A stretch of 63,162 nucleotides of DNA, filler included, from Perkinsus chesapeaki ATCC PRA-425 (taxonomy: Eukaryota > Protista > Perkinsozoa), in NCBI GenBank assembly GCA_013115145.1. It is 14 parts of 14 records of this genome, joined end to end, with 100 filler letters (N's around TTAATTAATTAA, not from the genome) between each part and the next. Parts side by side here need not be neighbours in the genome. Positions count along the whole stretch, not along the records: positions 58,167 to 59,501 come from JAAPAO010002033.1; positions 59,602 to 61,629 come from JAAPAO010001696.1; positions 61,730 to 63,162 come from JAAPAO010001961.1; 11 more parts are not named here. One strand, given 5' to 3'. Positions 58,490 to 63,162 of the stretch are shown piece by piece. The position numbers and the translations under genes are program-made. Numbering within the stretch: position 1 is the stretch's first letter; the number at the start of each line of letters is the position of its first letter. The notes below the pieces were generated by a model. The model was not told the DNA's origin. It made no database searches and saw only the letters and a list, made by a program, of their open reading frames with translations.

Positions 58490-59221
58490 ATGAAATACGT
58501 CTTACTCTTAACGTCTCTAATATACAACAATATCAGCAAGCTGGTAGCGCTGCCTCCTCTACTTCGAGGCAGTCCGCCCCCTGGAATCCTGTATAGGCCG
58601 GCGAACTCTACAGACCGATGGAAACAAAAGCCTCTCGCTGATTGGGAACATGCCTATGTCGCAGTATATAACGGAACCGAATATGCTGGCATACCGTCTG
58701 AATCACATCATAAGGAAGTTATCGGACTCGTAACCTTCAAGGTCCAGGAAAGGCCAACATATTTGAACCTTCATCTGTAATATTCTGTACGGCGGCCTCG
58801 GAAGCTGCTCTTGGTGTTAGGCCCGAAGGAACCCGACAGTATGGCAACTTTGTGTATATTGCCTCCGTTGATGTTAAGGAGGAGTGGTAAGGACGAAAAA
58901 TAGGTACCGCGATGTTGGCGGGGTGTCTATCTTATGTAAGATATCGTAATTGTGGTTAGATGATGAATGTATCAGATTAGAGAAGAGTACCGTCCAATAG
59001 CCGCGTGGCTTGAGGTTGAGCCGAACAATAGAGCTGCTATCAAACTATATAGGAATACGGGGTTTGAGAAAATCGGAGGTAAGGATCGATAGCTATGTCA
59101 TATGAGCTCGGAGTTAGATGGGTCCCCAACAAATGTCTATCGATATATCTTCCAACAGACTGTCCCCCAGCAGCTACAAGATGATGTTGCTCATTCATCA
59201 ATCATATCAACCAGGCTTTGA
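58490..59221 (+). CDS. GNAT-family acetyltransferase, multi-exon, with hydrophobic N-terminus
   Basis: MKYVLLLTSLIY..., YIASVDVKEEW, GTAMLAGCLSY and WLEVEPNNRAAIKLYRNTGFEKIG (GNAT motifs A and B). Confidence 0.75.
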
Positions 59222-59456
59222 TTTTTATATTTGAATGCTTATCAAAATGATTAGCGGTCTGTGTTCTTAAAGTCGATAATGGATGCTCCACTCCACCCTT
59301 TCCGTTAAAAAGGCGATGTACGGGTAGGGAAGTTCAATCAATGTCGGACAGTTTGTGTTTCGCATCTTGCGCTGAGCTTAGTGAGCTGCACAGTCATCGG
59401 ACCTGTCTCCATAACCAATCAAACTACGATAAAACAGTTTATCTTTTATCATCATA

Positions 59457-59501
59457 ATGGTTTGCCAACTCGGTATCAATGGTTTCGGTCGTATTGGCCG
59501 T
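59457..59501 (+). CDS. GAPDH: Glyceraldehyde-3-phosphate dehydrogenase N-terminus (truncated by contig end)
   Basis: ATG GTT TGC CAA CTC GGT ATC AAT GGT TTC GGT CGT ATT GGC CGT = MVCQLGINGFGRIGR. Confidence 0.85.
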
Positions 59502-61729
59502 NNNNNNNNNNNNNNNNNNNNNNNNNNNNNNNNNNNNNNNNNNNNTTAATTAATTAANNNNNNNNNNNNNNNNNNNNNNNNNNNNNNNNNNNNNNNNNNN
59601 NCAAAGCTATAGTGAGAATTCCTGTAGCCTCACCGTTACCGCTGCGAGTGGGTTTCGCTCCCCTTGTATCAACATAATTATATCAAGTGACTCGTGTTGG
59701 AGCATCAGAAGCTCCCTCCGAAGCTTAAGACAACGAGTATCATGTGTTTATGGATTCGGGTATCGGCCTGGAGACCAACTACAGAAAGTGTATTGTGCCA
59801 TGTGATGAATGATGACGCTCGATTTAGCACTCTCCGCCTTGTTGGCGACTACCGGACCAAATTCAGCAAGCTCCGCGCATACTTCCCTCATACAGTCCGA
59901 CGGAGCACGGCATCATATTCGTATTATGACGCCCTTAGTTATGACTAAATTCCAGGCACTGAAGGATAAGTCGCAGTCCATCGATACGAGATTAGTGGGT
60001 GCAAGTTCGTTCATGCCACCGCGGAACTAAGCACCCATTAGTTCTAAAATCCGGGCAGCGGTTATAGCTCACAATCGAGAACGGTTTAATGTGACTCATT
60101 TTGTCACCTGAAAATAAACGAAGGGATTTCGTTTATTTCCGGATGCATGCCGCATGCAATTTTTGTTGGCTCTGTTCCTCAGTATTGGCAATACTGTATT
60201 GACTCTTACTTATCGGGTATGTCTTATCCTAGACTAGGATTCCTAGTCTTACTTACACCTCCACTTTACCGTAATTTTCGAGTCTTGTTCTGTAAGACAT
60301 GATCTAGGAAACTGGAAGCACCGAGCCTTTCAAGCTTTCTATTTCAAGACGATGTGATTACTTGTGTTACCATGTACACGGTATTCGGAATACAATGTGC
60401 CATGGAGTGGTGTTGGCAACTCGGTGAATTAAGTAAATTCTCGAGCGTTGTATACAGTACCTCTTCGGGAGAATCTCAAGCAGAACTTTCTCGGGTGTGC
60501 ATAGATATTCGAGTTTGATATTCGCCTCAATATCATTCGGAAGGTCAAGGAGTAGTCATTCCGTTTGGCAGTCCAGCTACGTATGTAGGTGAACGTTCCC
60601 TCAGTTTAGACGTAAGAGTATCACGAGGTGAGTTCTTGATGATTGCTTTGCAATGGCTTTTTTTTGTAATTCGGTCGGTCCTTGAGCCGCACTTTTCTTG
60701 AGAGAATGGCTCAGCAATATCTAGTGTAACGGAAGTAGCGTCTCCTTTCAGTCGCGTGCATCTTGCTTGTTACTTGCTGCTTTATTTACGAACATGAACA
60801 CAAAAGTTCTGGAAGAAAAGTCCCAAACTTGCCTATCGTGCAATCACATTAATTACAATACGAAAGCTTCATAATAATCAGTTCATCACTTCTTACCAAC
60901 TTGCACTAGAACAACTGAAGGCACTACAAGAGCGATCAAGAATTACAGTACCCTTCGCGCGTTCAACCTTGCTCCCGATTGCTGGACCGACTTCGTCCAC
61001 CAGCTTCGCGTGGGCTTCTCGGCTACGCTCTATCTGATGGAGGAATGACCCTGTGCATATCGGATGCTCTTTCACCGTCAATCAAACCCTCGACGCGGGG
61101 CTGAAGGTAGGCTCAAATGTGGTCAATAAGTTCCTGAATGTGGCAGAAATCGATGTCCATAGAACTCTTTCATCACGAGTCTTAGCTTGAAACTGTCCAT
61201 CAGAGGGAAGCTAGAAAAGCTAGGAAAGGTGGTCGTTAGCATTCCACCCCTACCTAGTACTACCTGCCTAGTCACTAGCCGCTAGCGGTCTCTTCTTGAG
61301 ACCTTAACAGCAATGTGTTCAAATCAGGGTGGGGAAGCTAACAACGGTAATCTATCATAAATTGTTGCTTATCATTGGGGTCCTTTTGACGAGGTGGACT
61401 CGTTGCTCTCACACTCGTACAAACCAAGAACTACTACTCAACTGCCTCTTGGTAGCATCATTTCCAACCCCACCGCTATATCGGGCCTTAACGGTTTTGC
61501 TGCGGAGCACTAAGTGCTGACTCAGCAATGCCGAGCCCTCCATGTCCAAGAGTATGAAGATCCTAAGAGGATAATCCTATTGTTGAAGAGCCACCGAACG
61601 CGGGAGTCCGGGAGGGACACTCAAGCCCGNNNNNNNNNNNNNNNNNNNNNNNNNNNNNNNNNNNNNNNNNNNNTTAATTAATTAANNNNNNNNNNNNNNN
61701 NNNNNNNNNNNNNNNNNNNNNNNNNNNNN

Positions 61730-63162
61730 TACCTTGGCTACGTTTCCAACAGTGCTCAGGTTTGTGATATACTTCTCGTTCACAATACTTGCACCATTTT
61801 TTTATGACGTTCCTGTTGATGATGATGACCAGTACTAGATGCTGAGTCGGACTTCGTCGGTTTAGCATCCTTACCAGAGTTAATGTTAGTCGATACAGAG
61901 TTCCGTTTCTCCTTCTCCTTCTTGTTCGGGACATCAGGGGTTGTACTCGGCTGACTACTAGTAGAAGTAGAGGATCTTTCCCACGGAAAATTGATAGACA
62001 TACCGATACTAATATTAGTAAGATCGGCTATTACATCTTTGTAAGTGAGCTCCTCAGCTCTTCTGTTGTGTTTTCGCAGAAGCTTGGTATAGTATGATGC
62101 CATATCAGATGAAAGGTTAGATATAAAATGCACTATCCGATCATAATCAGATGGAACATCTATACCTGCCCATTCACAAGCTACTGAAAGTACTTCGAAG
62201 TGCTGTCTTTCATCAGCTACATAAGCTTCAAACGCCTCGTTCTTTCCTTGCTTTATAGCAAGCCAGTCAGCCTTCGCCCTTTTAATATTATTGCCCTCAG
62301 AGGGATTAAGACCAACATATAAAATGCCAATCCTGAGTAACATGCCCCACTCGTTGATCTTAGCCTCATCTTTACTAGTCTCATCATATACTACATCTCT
62401 ATCGACCTTATCATCCTTCTCTTTGGCTATGCCAAGCCTTTCCTCTTCTTTGCCTTCTTTCTTATCAACGGCTTTGGTCGCAGCTGCTTCCTCTTCGGAA
62501 GTTCCTGCAACTGGTGCAGTTGAGGCCTTTGAAGTAGGTAAAACTTGTTCTGCTGGGGGCTCTCGGACACAAAAATCTAACCTAATGGCACCGAGACCAT
62601 TCTCAAGCTCAATATCAGAGGGAACACTTTGAGAGTTAACAAGACTATACCCTTCACCAGATTCTAGTGTTCGGAGAAAATTAATACATTCTTCCCTACT
62701 AGAGGCGAAATAGGTACGTATAACATCTCTAGCACGCTGTTGCTTAATCTTAGAATCGCACCGCTTTTCTAGTGTGTAGAAAAACACAAAGGTAGCAAGT
62801 GGCACGTCTAAGCTATACGCAACTTCCAAAGTCCTCAATATCGAGGAACTTTCAGCGTAAAACTCTGAACCAATGGTAGAATTAGTCCACGCTTCGATGT
62901 CATCGGACTCTATATTCCTGGCAATCATTTCAGGAGAATACTGCCAAGTATTAAATGAGAAAGTATGATACCGAGTTTCATAGTTCAAGAAACCACCCAA
63001 AATATAACACGCCGCAGAAGGAATTCTTGGTCTCATTCTAGACAAGTCGGAACCAATAGCATTCAGGTTGTTGAAAGCCCAATCGTATCTTGTACTAGAA
63101 TTAGCCAACTCGACTCCACCTTTCCGCTTCGGAATAGTATCACTGAATAATGAATTGTTGGA
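61730..63162 (-). mobile_element. LTR retrotransposon gag-like ORF with CCHC zinc knuckle (frameshifted)
   Basis: Intronless ORF of more than 440 aa with a gag-like segment (WLAIKQGKNEAFEAYV...IVHFISNL). The knuckle CKYCEREVYHKPEHC lies in a different frame after an A7 run near 61797-61803. Confidence 0.7.

Noticed and set aside
59602-61629. Possible transposon remnant
   Set aside because: The ORFs are fragmentary, with no catalytic motifs or terminal repeats.

Overview
This window is not one locus. It is 14 contigs or scaffolds joined by 13 artificial 100-bp linkers (N44-TTAATTAATTAA-N44), so adjacency across linkers is meaningless. The DNA comes from an intron-rich, gene-dense eukaryote, most likely Perkinsus (inferred from a 19/22 match to the Perkinsus/dinoflagellate spliced leader, 40-70 nt GT-AG introns and a flavoprotein/multi-cytochrome-b5 fusion). 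Recognisable host genes are an FN3 membrane protein, NAA20, MMS2/UEV1, UTP4-like WD40, an ankyrin protein, ATG18/WIPI, NSF, Alba, a GNAT acetyltransferase and the first 15 codons of GAPDH. There are two intact tRNA genes (Ala-TGC and Val-TAC; Val clearly intronic, Ala probably) and fragments of DIRS-like and LTR retrotransposons. The most unusual signals are: (1) short spliceosomal introns that carry tRNA 3' halves or T-arm/B-box pieces; (2) an intronless orphan ORF contig with 17 same-strand TCGGCCY motifs and one in-frame TAG; (3) roughly 10-bp periodic An/Tn clusters in long introns, resembling nematode PATCs; (4) a 21.4-kb gene-bearing contig with 106-bp inverted ends; (5) seven tandem cytochrome b5 domains on a fumarate-reductase-like protein; (6) an SL RNA-like locus. 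Spliced gene models were built by eye and their boundaries are approximate where stated.
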